NCBI GenBank assembly: GCA_963765575.1
Contig: CAVXWZ010000003.1
Coordinates: 1-63,988, forward strand
DNA from: an uncultured cyanobacterium
Lineage (GTDB): Bacteria > Cyanobacteriota > Cyanobacteriia > PCC-6307 > Cyanobiaceae
Direction: 5' to 3'
Length of the DNA stretch: 63,988 nt
The notes under the pieces are model-generated. The model was not told where the DNA came from. It made no database searches and saw only the letters and a list, made by a program, of their open reading frames with translations. The position numbers were made by a program, and so were the translations under genes. Positions 10,552-20,622 of the stretch are shown here, one piece after another. Position 1 is the stretch's first letter. Every line of letters begins with the position of its first letter.

Positions 10552-11514
10552 ATGATGGTCTGCTCCCTCCCAGCGCTGGTTGCGATGGTCCAACGCCCTG
10601 CTGCCTTCCGGGGGGCTCAGCCCCTGCGCCGCGCCCTCGCCGCCCTGCTGGGGCTGGCGGCCGGGCTGGCCCCCTCGCTTGCTCTGGCGGAGACGGCGAT
10701 CGAGCGCGCCGCCCGCACCGGGGAGCTGAGCCTTGGGGTGTATGCCGATATCCCCCCCTTCGTGAGCAGCACGTCCAACGGCGAGCTTGAGGGTTTTGCC
10801 ATCGATGTCAGCGGTCTGATCGCCGAGGAGGTGTCCACCTATCTGGGCCGGCCTGTGCAGGTGGTCGCCCAGTCCAGCGCCGATTCGGCGACGCTCTTCC
10901 GCCAGGTGCACACCGGCGAAGTGGACCTCCTCTGCGGTGCCCAGTTCACCTGGGAGCGGGAGATGTTCGTTGACTTCTCCATCCCCTTCGCGCTCTCCGG
11001 CATCCGCCTGCTGCGCCGCGACGAGGGCCTTGATGGCAGCCCGGAATCGCTGCGCGGCAAGCGCATCGGGGTGGTCGCGGGCAGCCTCGGCGAGGCCACG
11101 GTGAAGGGTCTGCAGCCGGCCGCCATCACCGTGGCCCAGCCCACCCTGGCGGCGGGCGTGGCCGCCCTGCGGGCCGGCCGTCTGGATGCGATGGCTGGCG
11201 ACACGCTGCTGCTGGGATCGGCGGCGCTGGGCTCCGGTTTCACCGAGGCCAGCCTCGTGCCCGAGCTGCCATACAACCGCTTCGCGGTGGCCTGTGCGAT
11301 GCCGGAGAACAACTCCACGCTGCGCAACTTGGTGAATCTGGCGCTGGCCAGAATGATGCAGGGCTACATCAACGGCGGGGAGCGCCAGCGCGAGATCGTC
11401 AACCGGTGGCTGGGTCCAGAGAGTGGGCTGGGATTGCAGGAGGAGATGATCAAGCTCTACTTCGCCTCCGTTCTGCTCAACCACGAGAGCCTCGACGTCA
11501 GCGCATCGCCTTAA
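10552..11514 (+). CDS. grrP: Extracellular substrate-binding-like orphan protein GrrP
   Basis: SBP family 3-like motifs (FTWEREMFVDFSIPF..SGIRLL) directly upstream of the Gly-rich precursor and rSAM genes. Confidence 0.8.
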   Translation: MMVCSLPALVAMVQRPAAFRGAQPLRRALAALLGLAAGLAPSLALAETAIERAARTGELSLGVYADIPPFVSSTSNGELEGFAIDVSGLIAEEVSTYLGRPVQVVAQSSADSATLFRQVHTGEVDLLCGAQFTWEREMFVDFSIPFALSGIRLLRRDEGLDGSPESLRGKRIGVVAGSLGEATVKGLQPAAITVAQPTLAAGVAALRAGRLDAMAGDTLLLGSAALGSGFTEASLVPELPYNRFAVACAMPENNSTLRNLVNLALARMMQGYINGGERQREIVNRWLGPESGLGLQEEMIKLYFASVLLNHESLDVSASP

Positions 11515-11563
11515 CCCCCCCACCAGCCCGATACCCAGGCCGCCCGTCTCCATCCCCCTCCCC

Positions 11564-11986
11564 ATGGCTTCCTCCCCGCGCTTCTCCCTGCTGGTTCTGC
11601 TGCTCGCCTTCGCGGCTCTGCTGGAGCCGGTGAGGGCGTCCAGCCACGTCAGCTCACCATCCCCCAGCGGCCAAGCCGCCCGGACGGCGGCAGCGCCGAG
11701 CACCCAGCCAGCCTGGGATCTCGAAGCCCGGCTGGATCGGATCAACCTGGCCCTGCGGGAGCGCTTCGGGCCCGAGCCCATGCCCGCCCATCTCGATGAG
11801 GCCGTGGCCCGCGGCTTCGCCAATGGTCCCCGCGGCGGCTTCGCCAACGCGGCCTACCGCGGCTTTGCCAACGGCCACCCCTACTACGGCGGACCCTCCC
11901 GCGCCTTCGTCAACGGCGGCGGTGGTTACAACGGCGGCGGCTTCGTCAACGCCCGGCCCCGGGGCGGGGGCTTCGTGAACTGGTGA
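11564..11986 (+). CDS. grrA: Gly-rich-repeat triceptide precursor (GrrA/OscA family)
   Basis: Hydrophobic leader, LEARLDRI motif, Gly-rich core with FAN x3 and FVN x3, ending FVNW. Confidence 0.85.
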   Translation: MASSPRFSLLVLLLAFAALLEPVRASSHVSSPSPSGQAARTAAAPSTQPAWDLEARLDRINLALRERFGPEPMPAHLDEAVARGFANGPRGGFANAAYRGFANGHPYYGGPSRAFVNGGGGYNGGGFVNARPRGGGFVNW

Positions 11987-11990
11987 GGCG

Positions 11991-13136
11991 ATGACTGCCG
12001 CGCCACCAGGCTTTGGTCCGATCCGGCTGCTGGTGATCCAGCCCACCTCCCTCTGCAACCTCGACTGCAGCTACTGCTACCTGCCCGATCGTCAGCGCCG
12101 CCTGCTGCTCGATCCAGCCCTGATGCGGCCGATCCTGCAGCGCGTGCTCGAAAGCCCGTTCCTGGGCGATGGCTTCACCCTGCTCTGGCACGCCGGCGAG
12201 CCCCTCACCCGTCCGCCGTCCTTCTACGACGGGGCCAATGCCGAGTTGCGCGCACTCCTGGCGGCTGCCCCCGGGGTGCGGGTCGAGCAGTCGCTGCAGA
12301 CCAACGGCACCCTGATCAACGACAGCTGGTGTGCCTGCTTTCTGCGCCACGGCATCGACGTGGGCGTGAGTGTGGATGGGCCCGCCTTCCTGCATGACAG
12401 CGTGCGCCGCAACCGCGCCGGCCGCGGCAGCCACGCCCAGACCATGCGGGGCATCGCCTGCCTCCAGGAGGCGGGGGTGCCGCTGTCGGTGATCACCGTG
12501 CTGACGCGGGAGTCGCTGCGCCATCCCGATGCACTGGTGGATTTCTACCTGGAGCACGGCATCGTCGAGGTGGGCCTCAACATGGAAGAGACCGAAGGCG
12601 TGAACGAGCGCTCAAGCCTCGATGCTGCCGGCACCGAGGGGCTTTACCGCCGCTTCCTTGAGCGCCTCTGGGACCGGGTGGCCGACAGCGGCGGCGCCCT
12701 GAGAATCCGCGAATTCGAAACCTTCTATTCCTTCGTGCGCACGGGCGAGCGCATTGAGCACACGGATCTCAACCGGCCGATGGCGATCGTGAGCGTGGAT
12801 CATCAGGGCCATTTCTCCACCTTCGATCCCGAGTTGCTCTCAGTGGAGACCCGCTACGGCCGCTTCAACCTGGGGCACGTGAGCCGCGATTCGCTCCTGG
12901 ACGCCTGCGCCACGGAGAAATTTCAGCGCATGTGGCACGACATGCGCGCCGGCATTGAGGCCTGCCGGGCCAGCTGCGGCTACTTCGGCATCTGTGGCGG
13001 TGGCGCCGGCAGCAACAAATACTGGGAAACCGGCAGCCTCGATGCCAGCGAGACCATGGCCTGCCGCTACCGCATCCAGCACGTGGCCGATGTGGCCATG
13101 GACCGGCTGGAGCGCGACCTGCAGCTGCCCAGCTGA
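11991..13136 (+). CDS. grrM: Cyclophane-forming radical SAM/SPASM maturase
   Basis: VIQPTSLCNLDCSYCY, WHAGEP, STFDPELL, SPASM CRASC.YFGICGGGAGSNKYWE. Confidence 0.9.
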   Translation: MTAAPPGFGPIRLLVIQPTSLCNLDCSYCYLPDRQRRLLLDPALMRPILQRVLESPFLGDGFTLLWHAGEPLTRPPSFYDGANAELRALLAAAPGVRVEQSLQTNGTLINDSWCACFLRHGIDVGVSVDGPAFLHDSVRRNRAGRGSHAQTMRGIACLQEAGVPLSVITVLTRESLRHPDALVDFYLEHGIVEVGLNMEETEGVNERSSLDAAGTEGLYRRFLERLWDRVADSGGALRIREFETFYSFVRTGERIEHTDLNRPMAIVSVDHQGHFSTFDPELLSVETRYGRFNLGHVSRDSLLDACATEKFQRMWHDMRAGIEACRASCGYFGICGGGAGSNKYWETGSLDASETMACRYRIQHVADVAMDRLERDLQLPS

Positions 13137-13181
13137 GGCGCTGGATCCCGGTACGGTAGGGGCTCAGTTCAGGGTTGGCCG

Positions 13182-13325
13182 GTGAAGCAGATCAGCGTTG
13201 CCGAGATGGTGGGCCGGTTCGTCGCCCGCTTTGCCGCGATCTCCGGTGGCATCGCCCTGGTGGTGTGGGTCACCTGGGTGATGCTCGACCTCAAGCACCT
13301 GCAGTCGGGCTTCACCCTGCCCTGA
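13182..13325 (+). CDS. Small single-TM hypothetical protein (not in the ORF track)
   Basis: Open frame from GTG 13182 (alternative ATG 13206): ..VARFAAISGGIALVVWVTWVMLDLKHLQSGFTLP. Confidence 0.55.
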   Translation: MKQISVAEMVGRFVARFAAISGGIALVVWVTWVMLDLKHLQSGFTLP

Positions 13326-13361
13326 AAACACCAACGCTCGTGATCGTCAGCAGCATGGAAG

Positions 13362-14171
13362 TCAGCGGCGGCCGTTGACGATGACCGCATTGCCGCTGGT
13401 ACCGGCCATGCCCGGCAGGGCCGGCACCACGGAGGTCTGGCCGTCCCACTTGTCCAGAAAGAGCTTGTAGAGAACCAGGTCGTCGAGGCTGGAGTTGAGG
13501 GTCTGGTAGCGCTTGGCCTCCTGCTCGGCGATCTTCACTTCCGTCTGGGCGCGCAGCAGTTGCTGTTCAGCGATCTGCTTCTGCTCGATCGCAGCACGGT
13601 ATTCCTCGGCGATCTGCAGTCCGGTGAGATCGAGGCCCTGCACATTGACGTAGCCGAATTTGCGCAGTTCCTCGGCAACTTTTTCCTGCACGATCTCCGA
13701 GATGCTGTTCCATTCGGTGGCAATGGTCACCAGCTCATACTGGGAAAAGACCGATTTGAGGGCCTTGAGCAGCGACGGCTGGATCACCCGCGGATAGATC
13801 TGCTGGTTGTCGGTGGCGATGGTTTCGTAGATCCGGCCCGCCTCGCTCGGCTTCATCGCGTACTTCACCGTGGCCGTGGCCTGGATCACCTGCAGATCCT
13901 TGGTGAGGGTGGAGAACTGCTCAGGCCGCACCTGGGTGCGCACGTCGAACGGGGCGATGTTCTGCACCAGGGGCAGCTTGAAATTCGCCCCCGGGCTGCG
14001 CGGCGCGCCAGTGACCTTGCCGAGGGTGGTGACCACGGCCACGTTGCCGGCGGGCACGATGAAGATGGTCTGGCTGAGCAGGATCACCAGCCCCAGCACC
14101 ACCGCCAGCACCAGGCTGAGCCCCACGCCAGGCCCATCCGGGCTGCCAGCGGAGCGAAGTGGCGATTGCAT
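13362..14171 (-). CDS. SPFH/band 7 (prohibitin-like) protein
   Basis: N-terminal TM, TKDLQ, AIEQKQIAEQ coiled coil, KWDG. Confidence 0.9.
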   Translation of the reverse strand: MQSPLRSAGSPDGPGVGLSLVLAVVLGLVILLSQTIFIVPAGNVAVVTTLGKVTGAPRSPGANFKLPLVQNIAPFDVRTQVRPEQFSTLTKDLQVIQATATVKYAMKPSEAGRIYETIATDNQQIYPRVIQPSLLKALKSVFSQYELVTIATEWNSISEIVQEKVAEELRKFGYVNVQGLDLTGLQIAEEYRAAIEQKQIAEQQLLRAQTEVKIAEQEAKRYQTLNSSLDDLVLYKLFLDKWDGQTSVVPALPGMAGTSGNAVIVNGRR

Positions 14172-14347
14172 GGCGGGAGCACGGGTGAGGTCGAACCCTA
14201 GACAGCCGCCCCGCAGCCAGGGAGCGGCGGTTGCGTGTGCGTCTCCTCAAGCGGGCATCGTCCTGTGCTCCAGCCCACAGCCAGCGGGCCCCAGGCTCTG
14301 CAGGATCGGCCCGATCCCCACTGCTGGCCGCTTTGCGGCCGCTCGTC

Positions 14348-14632
14348 ATGGCCTCGTACACGATCACCCTTGAGTCCGGCAAGAGCTTCAGCTGCGCCGA
14401 TGACACCTACATCCTCGATGCGGCTGAGGAAGCCGGTGTCGACCTCCCCTACTCCTGCCGGGCGGGCGCCTGCAGCACCTGCGCCGGCAAGCTGATCTCC
14501 GGATCGGTGGATCAGTCGGATCAGTCGTTTCTCGACGACGAGCAGATGACCGAGGGCTTTGCCCTGCTCTGCGTCAGCTATCCCACCACCGACTGCACGA
14601 TCCGCGCCGAGGTGGAGTCGGAGCTCGGCTGA
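14348..14632 (+). CDS. petF: Plant-type 2Fe-2S ferredoxin
   Basis: [35 protein letters not shown]. Confidence 0.9.
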   Translation: MASYTITLESGKSFSCADDTYILDAAEEAGVDLPYSCRAGACSTCAGKLISGSVDQSDQSFLDDEQMTEGFALLCVSYPTTDCTIRAEVESELG

Positions 14633-14708
14633 GGCCCGCTCGCGGCGCCCGGCCACCGCGAGCTGCCACCGCGAGCGGCCTAGCCTCAGGCCTCCATCGC
14701 CCGGCCCC

Positions 14709-15863
14709 ATGACCGCCGCCCCCGCCGAGTGCAACCTGCGCACGATCCGCGTGGAGCTCAGCGCCGATCCCTACCCGGTGAAGATCGGCGCCGGCAGCCT
14801 GGGGCAGCTCGGCGAACTGATCGGCGCCCGCGGCTTCAGGCCCGGCACCCGGGTGATGGTGGTGACCAACCCGGTGGTGCATGAGCACTACGGCGAGGCG
14901 GCCCTGGCCAGCCTGCGGCAGGCGGGATTCGAGGCCAGCGAGCTGGTGGTGGAAGCCGGTGAGGAGCGCAAAACCCCCGCCACCGTGGCCCGCATCCACG
15001 ACGTCGCCTTCGCCCAGCGGCTGGAGCGCGGCTCGCTGATCGTGGCCCTCGGTGGTGGCGTGGTGGGCGACATGGCCGGCTTCGCCGCCGCCACCTGGTT
15101 GCGGGGCATCGCCGTGGTGCAGGTGCCCACCACCCTGCTGGCGATGGTGGATGCCGCCATCGGCGGCAAGACCGGCGTCAATCACCCGGGCGGCAAGAAC
15201 CTGATCGGGGCGTTCCACCAGCCGCAGCTGGTGCTGATCGATCCCACCACCCTCGCCACCCTGCCGGAGCGCGAGTTCAGGGCCGGCATGGCCGAGGTGA
15301 TCAAGTACGGCGTGATCGGCGACGCCGCCCTGTTCAGCGAGCTGGAGGCCGCCGGCGACCTCAGCAGCAGGGCCGCCGTGGGCCCGGCCCTGCTGCAGAC
15401 CCTGCTGGAGCGCTCCGCCGCCGCCAAGGCCCGCGTGGTGGCGGCCGACGAGCGTGAGGGCGGCCTGCGGGCGATCCTCAATTACGGCCACACCCTCGGC
15501 CACGTGGTCGAAACCCTCTGCGGCTATGGCACCTGGCTGCACGGCGAGGCCGTGGCCATCGGCATGGTGGCCGCCGGCGAGCTCGCCCTGGCCATGAACC
15601 TCTGGACCGCCGCCGACCAGGCACGCCAGAAGGCCGTGATCGCCGCCGCCGGACTGCCGCTGGCCTGGCCCCGGCTGGATCCCCAGGCCGTGCTGCACTG
15701 CCTGCAGGTGGACAAGAAGGTGCGCCAGGGCCGGCTGCGCTTCGTGCTGCCCACCCATCTCGGTGCCGTGCAGATCCGCGACGACGTGGACACCGATCGC
15801 ATTCTCAGCGTGCTGGCCGCCATGGCCGAGCAGGCCAGCGCGGCCGCTCAGACCTCCCCGTAG
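14709..15863 (+). CDS. aroB: 3-dehydroquinate synthase
   Basis: [45 protein letters not shown]. Confidence 0.95.
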   Translation: MTAAPAECNLRTIRVELSADPYPVKIGAGSLGQLGELIGARGFRPGTRVMVVTNPVVHEHYGEAALASLRQAGFEASELVVEAGEERKTPATVARIHDVAFAQRLERGSLIVALGGGVVGDMAGFAAATWLRGIAVVQVPTTLLAMVDAAIGGKTGVNHPGGKNLIGAFHQPQLVLIDPTTLATLPEREFRAGMAEVIKYGVIGDAALFSELEAAGDLSSRAAVGPALLQTLLERSAAAKARVVAADEREGGLRAILNYGHTLGHVVETLCGYGTWLHGEAVAIGMVAAGELALAMNLWTAADQARQKAVIAAAGLPLAWPRLDPQAVLHCLQVDKKVRQGRLRFVLPTHLGAVQIRDDVDTDRILSVLAAMAEQASAAAQTSP

Positions 15864-16132
15864 CGATCCTCCAGGGCCGTCTCGAGGGTGGTGAGCAGCA
15901 GGGCCAGGGCGGCCCGCGACTCCAGATCCTGGCTGCTCACCGAGGCGATCCAGCGGTGGCAGAGCGCCTGGATCTGGTCGAACAGCGGCCCGCCCCGGCT
16001 GAGGCTGGCCATCACCCGCTCCAGCCCCAGCTCGTCCACCTCCGGCGGCAGACCCACCACGTAGCGGCGGCCGTCATCGCCCACGTAGCTGATCCGGCCC
16101 AGCTCATCGACGATCGGCGCGGCATGGGGCAT
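15848..16132 (-). CDS. Hypothetical protein
   Basis: Compact ORF ([19 protein letters not shown]...) convergent with aroB. Confidence 0.55.
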   Translation of the reverse strand: MPHAAPIVDELGRISYVGDDGRRYVVGLPPEVDELGLERVMASLSRGGPLFDQIQALCHRWIASVSSQDLESRAALALLLTTLETALEDRYGEV

Positions 16133-16273
16133 GACCGGCTCGTCGTTGCCACCTGTGCACTCACCGGCCATGGCCCTGTCCCCAGCAGTTGTCCTCCCAA
16201 GCCCACAGCTAGGCACGGCCGCGCCGATTGCCAAGGGTGAGAAGCACCCATTCAGGGCTGGAGCGCGTTGCGC

Positions 16274-17671
16274 TCAGGACTGGAGCGCATTGCGCGGTGG
16301 CTCGCCGCTGCCCCGCTCCAGCCCCCGTTGCCAGCGCCCCAGCTGACGCTCCAGCGCCAACAGCAGCAGCGCCGCGCCCAGACCCGACGCCAGCAGCAGT
16401 GCCGTGGGCTGCAGGCCCCCCAGCCACACCGCCGCCAGCAACAACAGCGGCAGCAGCACCACCAGCCCCTGCAGCCAGGGCCGCCAGCGGCGGATGCGGC
16501 CATGGGCCGCGCTGCAGCTGCGGCAATGGCGGCTGTGGGCCTCCCAGCGGTCCATCAGCGGCACCAGGCCCTGGCGGGGGGGCAGCGGCTGGCCGGGAAA
16601 GGGCTCGCCGCCATGGCCCACGATCCAGTTGTGCAGAGCCTTGACGTAGACATCGGCGCTGGTGGGCAGGTAGCAGGCCCGGGTGAAGTCGCTGCTGCCG
16701 CCGCGCTCGGCCAGGGTCCGCTCCTGCCCGTGCAGGAACACCTGGTCGTCTTCGAGCACGGTGTGGTTGCCGATGTGCTGCAGCCAGCGCGGCCGCAGCC
16801 CCACCAGCAGGCGCGGCAGCCGCGAGCGGAACTGGAACGGGAAGCGGGCGATCAGGCGGCAGGCCCCGCGCCGGGTGGGGGTGGCGTAGACCACCGTGAG
16901 GAAGCGGGCGAAACCGCTGGCATCGAGGTCGTGCCACATCAGCCCCGGCGCCTCGAAGGTGGTGAACTGGCTGCCGAGCTTGCCCCGCCGCGGGCCCTCC
17001 TTCCAGGCGGCGGTGAAGCCCTCGGGCCCGGAACCGGTGAGCTCGGCCTCCACCGGGGCGGCGTTCTCGCGGCGGCCCACGGTGCGGTGGTGGGTGAAGG
17101 GCACGTGGCTCACATCGAGCACGTTCTCCAGCAGGGTGAGGGCATCCATCGGCAGGTCGCGGAAGGTGTCCTGCACCAGCCAGCCCGGCTCCTCCAGCAG
17201 CGGCACCAGCGGCAAGGCCACCTCAGCCGCTCCAGCGGCCTCACCGGCGAAGACAAACAACAGCCCCTGACCCGTGGCGGTGGCGTAGGTGCGGCAGCGG
17301 GAGCGACCGCTGTCGCAGGCGGTGGCAGCCACCTCGGGCGGGGCCTGGGGGATGGCGGTGCAGCGGCCCTCGCCGTCGAAGCTCCAGCCGTGGTATGGAC
17401 ACTCGAGCTCACCGCCGGCGTTGAGACGTCCCTCGCTGAGGGGCACCAGGCGGTGGGGGCAGACGTCGGCGAAGGCCCGCCACTGCTCGCCGCCGGCGTC
17501 CCACCAGATCACCAGGTCCTGATCCAGCAGGGTGAAGGCGAAGGGGCGGCTGCGGTCGAGATCCTGCAGGCAGGCCACCGCATACCACCGCTGCAGCCAC
17601 TGCCGCTGCCAGCGCTCCTGCTGCTGGGGGGTGGGGGCTGGGGCGGCTGGGGCGGGGCTGGAGGTGGCCAT
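16274..17671 (-). CDS. Rieske oxygenase, pheophorbide a oxygenase (PAO/Lls1) family
   Basis: CPHR..CPYHGW Rieske motif, ENVLDVSHVPFTH, VLEDD, HSRHCRSC, C-terminal TMs. Confidence 0.9.
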   Translation of the reverse strand: MATSSPAPAAPAPTPQQQERWQRQWLQRWYAVACLQDLDRSRPFAFTLLDQDLVIWWDAGGEQWRAFADVCPHRLVPLSEGRLNAGGELECPYHGWSFDGEGRCTAIPQAPPEVAATACDSGRSRCRTYATATGQGLLFVFAGEAAGAAEVALPLVPLLEEPGWLVQDTFRDLPMDALTLLENVLDVSHVPFTHHRTVGRRENAAPVEAELTGSGPEGFTAAWKEGPRRGKLGSQFTTFEAPGLMWHDLDASGFARFLTVVYATPTRRGACRLIARFPFQFRSRLPRLLVGLRPRWLQHIGNHTVLEDDQVFLHGQERTLAERGGSSDFTRACYLPTSADVYVKALHNWIVGHGGEPFPGQPLPPRQGLVPLMDRWEAHSRHCRSCSAAHGRIRRWRPWLQGLVVLLPLLLLAAVWLGGLQPTALLLASGLGAALLLLALERQLGRWQRGLERGSGEPPRNALQS

Positions 17672-17754
17672 GGGGGTGGGGTGCCTGGCGGGATGATGGC
17701 GCGCCAGCGGGGTGGCCAACGGGTGTAGCTTCTCGACCCGGACAGCGGCGGCAG

Positions 17755-18444
17755 ATGGCAACGATTGCGGTGAGCGGCGCCAGCGGTAAGACCGGCTGGC
17801 GGGTGGTGCAGGAGGCCCTGCGCCAGGGCCACACGGTGCGGGCCCTGCTGCGGGCGGAGTCCCAGGCACCCGAGGGCCTGGAGGGGGCCGAGCTGATCCG
17901 CCTGGACCTGGGCCGCAGCGAGGCCCTGCAGCAGGCCCTGCAGGGCTGTGAGGCCCTGGTGATCGCCACCGGCGCCCGGCCCTCGGTGGACCTCAGCGGC
18001 CCCCTGCAGGTGGATGCCTTCGGGGTGCGCAACCAGATCCGCGCCTGCCAGGCGGTGGGCCTGCGCCGGGTGGTGCTGGTGAGCTCCCTCTGCGCCGGCC
18101 GCTGGATCCACCCCCTCAACCTCTTCGGGCTGATCCTGCTGTGGAAACGGGTGGGCGAGCGCTGGCTGGAACAGAGTGGCCTGGAGTGGACCGTGATCCG
18201 TCCCGGCGGGCTGAGCGAGCGCGAGGAGGGCCTCGAGGCCGGCCAGGAATCCGAGGGGGTGGTGTTCAGCGGCCCCGACCAGCAGGACAGCTCCAGCATT
18301 CCCCGCCGCCTGGTGGCCCGGGTGTGCCTGCAGGCCCTGGCCGATCCCCGCTCGAGCGGGCGCATCATCGAGATCACCAGCAGCGGCGAGCAGCCCGTCC
18401 GGGGCCTGGCCGACTGGCTTCAGGAGCAACCGGCGCCGGCCTGA
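17755..18444 (+). CDS. NAD(P)-binding atypical SDR oxidoreductase
   Basis: VSGASGKTG, LVSSL, IRPGGL, SIPRRLVA. Confidence 0.85.
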   Translation: MATIAVSGASGKTGWRVVQEALRQGHTVRALLRAESQAPEGLEGAELIRLDLGRSEALQQALQGCEALVIATGARPSVDLSGPLQVDAFGVRNQIRACQAVGLRRVVLVSSLCAGRWIHPLNLFGLILLWKRVGERWLEQSGLEWTVIRPGGLSEREEGLEAGQESEGVVFSGPDQQDSSSIPRRLVARVCLQALADPRSSGRIIEITSSGEQPVRGLADWLQEQPAPA

Positions 18445-18448
18445 CGCT

Positions 18449-20154
18449 TCAGGCCGCGGCAGCCAGGGCCTTGCTGAGGGCCTCTTTGCGGCTGAGGTCG
18501 AGGTGATCCTCAGGAACCTTGCTCAACAGCCCCAGCTTCTCGAGGCGCTGGCGGGTCTTGCCGGTGGCCCCCACCACAAACACATCGCGGCCGGCGTCGA
18601 TCGCCTCCTCCACGGCGTTCTCCACGGCCAGGGCGGCGGTCACGCCCAGGTGGGACACCTCGGAGAGGTCGAAGATCACCGCCCGGCACTCGCCGATGGC
18701 GTTGTGCTCGCGGCCGATGGCCTTGGCGACCCCGAAGATCATGGCGCCGGTGAGCTGGAACAGCAGCACCTGGCCCTTGGCCTCATTGAGCAGCGCCTTC
18801 TCATCGGCGGGGATCAGCAGATCGTCGTCACCGGTGCTCACCGAACGCACCGACTGGGTCTGGAGGCCCGACATCTTCTCGATCGTGAGGATGTTGGCGA
18901 TGAACACGCCGATGCCCACCGCGGCGATCAGGTCGACCAGCACCGTGAGGCCGATCACCAGATACATGATCAGAGCCCCCTTGAGGGAGATGCGGTGGGC
19001 GCGGCGCAGAAAGCTCCAGTCGACGATGTCGACCCCCACCTTGAGGGCGATGCCGGCCAGCACCGCCAGGGGGATGCGGGCCGCCAGGCCGGCGCCGGCG
19101 AGGATCACCACGATCAGGATCACGGCGCGGGAGATGCCCGAGAGGGCGCTGCGCGCTCCCGCCTGGATGTTCACCACCGTGCCCATGGTGGCGCCGGCGC
19201 CGGCGATGCCCCCGAACAGGCCGGAGATCAGATTGCCCAGTCCCTGGCCGATCAGCTCCTTGTTGGAATCGTGCTCGGTGCGGGTCAGGCTGTCGGCGAT
19301 CACTGAGGTGAGCAGGGCGTCGATGCAGCCGAGCATGCCCAGCACCGCCGCATCCACCAGCATCTCCTGCAGCTCCGACAGCGAGAACGTGGGGGTCTGC
19401 AGGCTGGGAAAGCCCGAGGAGAATTCACCGATCCGCCGGATGCCTTCGCCGGCGGCGGCGCCATCACCGAGGCCGGAGAGCAGGGTGAGCGAGAGGATGG
19501 TGCCCAGGATCAGGGCAATCAGCTGGGGCGGGGCGAGCTTCTTGATGCCTGAGGGCGTGAACCAGAGGATCGCCAGGGTGACCAGGGCCAGCACCACCTC
19601 GGTGGAGCGGGCATTGACGATCAGGCCAGGCAGAGCCTGCAGCGTGCCGATCACCCCACCCTTGGGACTGGCCTGGCCGAGGAAGGGGCCCAGCTGCAGG
19701 ATGATCAGGATCAGGCCGATCCCGCTCATGAAGCCGGAGATCACCGTGTAGGGCATCTGGGTGACGTAGCGCCCCAGCCGCAGCAGCCCGAACAGGATCT
19801 GAAACACCCCGGCCAGCATCACCACGGTGAAGGCCATGGCCAACCCGTTCTCGGGGTTGCGGGCCGTGATGCTGGCGATCACCGCCGTCATCACCACCGT
19901 CATCGGCCCGGTGGGCTCGGAGATCAGGGTGGGCGTGCCCCCGAACAGGGAGGCGAACAGGCCCACCAGCACCGCGCCCCAGAGCCCGGCCGCCGGGCCG
20001 GCGCCGGAGGCCACACCGAAGGTGAGGGCCATCGGCAAGGCCACGACTGCGGCAGTGAGGCCCCCGAAGAGATCCCCCTTGATGTTCTGGCTGCTGATGT
20101 GATTCAGAAGCCGGAAGGGCCGGGGCCCTGGGGGGGGGAAATAGTGGCCGTCAC
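18449..20154 (-). CDS. bicA: SulP-family Na+-dependent bicarbonate transporter (start inferred across a G9 run)
   Basis: KGDLFGGLTAAVVALPMAL, ISEPTGPM, GAGATMGT, C-terminal STAS domain. Confidence 0.85.
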
Positions 20155-20345
20155 TACATCATGCTGTGGTGGCCGAAACCTTAGGGGGCGGCGAGGAGGC
20201 TTTCGCGCCGCCAAGCGCCGCCAAGCGCCAGCCGCTGGCAAGGGCCGCCGGCGCTCTCCGGGTGCCAGCGCCCATGGGCACAGCCCACCCCCAGAGCTGG
20301 TGGCGATGGGTTACACCGTGCCGAGTCGATTGCCGCAAACCCGGC

Positions 20346-20516
20346 ATGTTGTTACTTCTTGTATTCGCCGCGCTCTGGCTGGCGCTTCGTGTGCTTTTGA
20401 TTTCAGTTCAGGTATGCCGGCATGGGCCAGAAGCCTCGCTGGCGCAGGAGTTTGAAGCTGAGCTGCTGCAACGGAGACTCGCGGATCGGCCCTTCAACAC
20501 GCCACCGGGACCGTGA
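20346..20516 (+). CDS. Possible small membrane protein
   Basis: MLLLLVFAALWLALRVLL hydrophobic start, 56 aa. Confidence 0.3.
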   Translation: MLLLLVFAALWLALRVLLISVQVCRHGPEASLAQEFEAELLQRRLADRPFNTPPGP

Positions 20517-20622
20517 TGATCACGGCTGCTGATCCCACTGATCACCACCACTGTCGCGCGGCCGTCGCCAGAACCGGCAGAACCGGCCCCGTCGCGCCTA
20601 GAAGTACGTTCCCCATCCCCCT

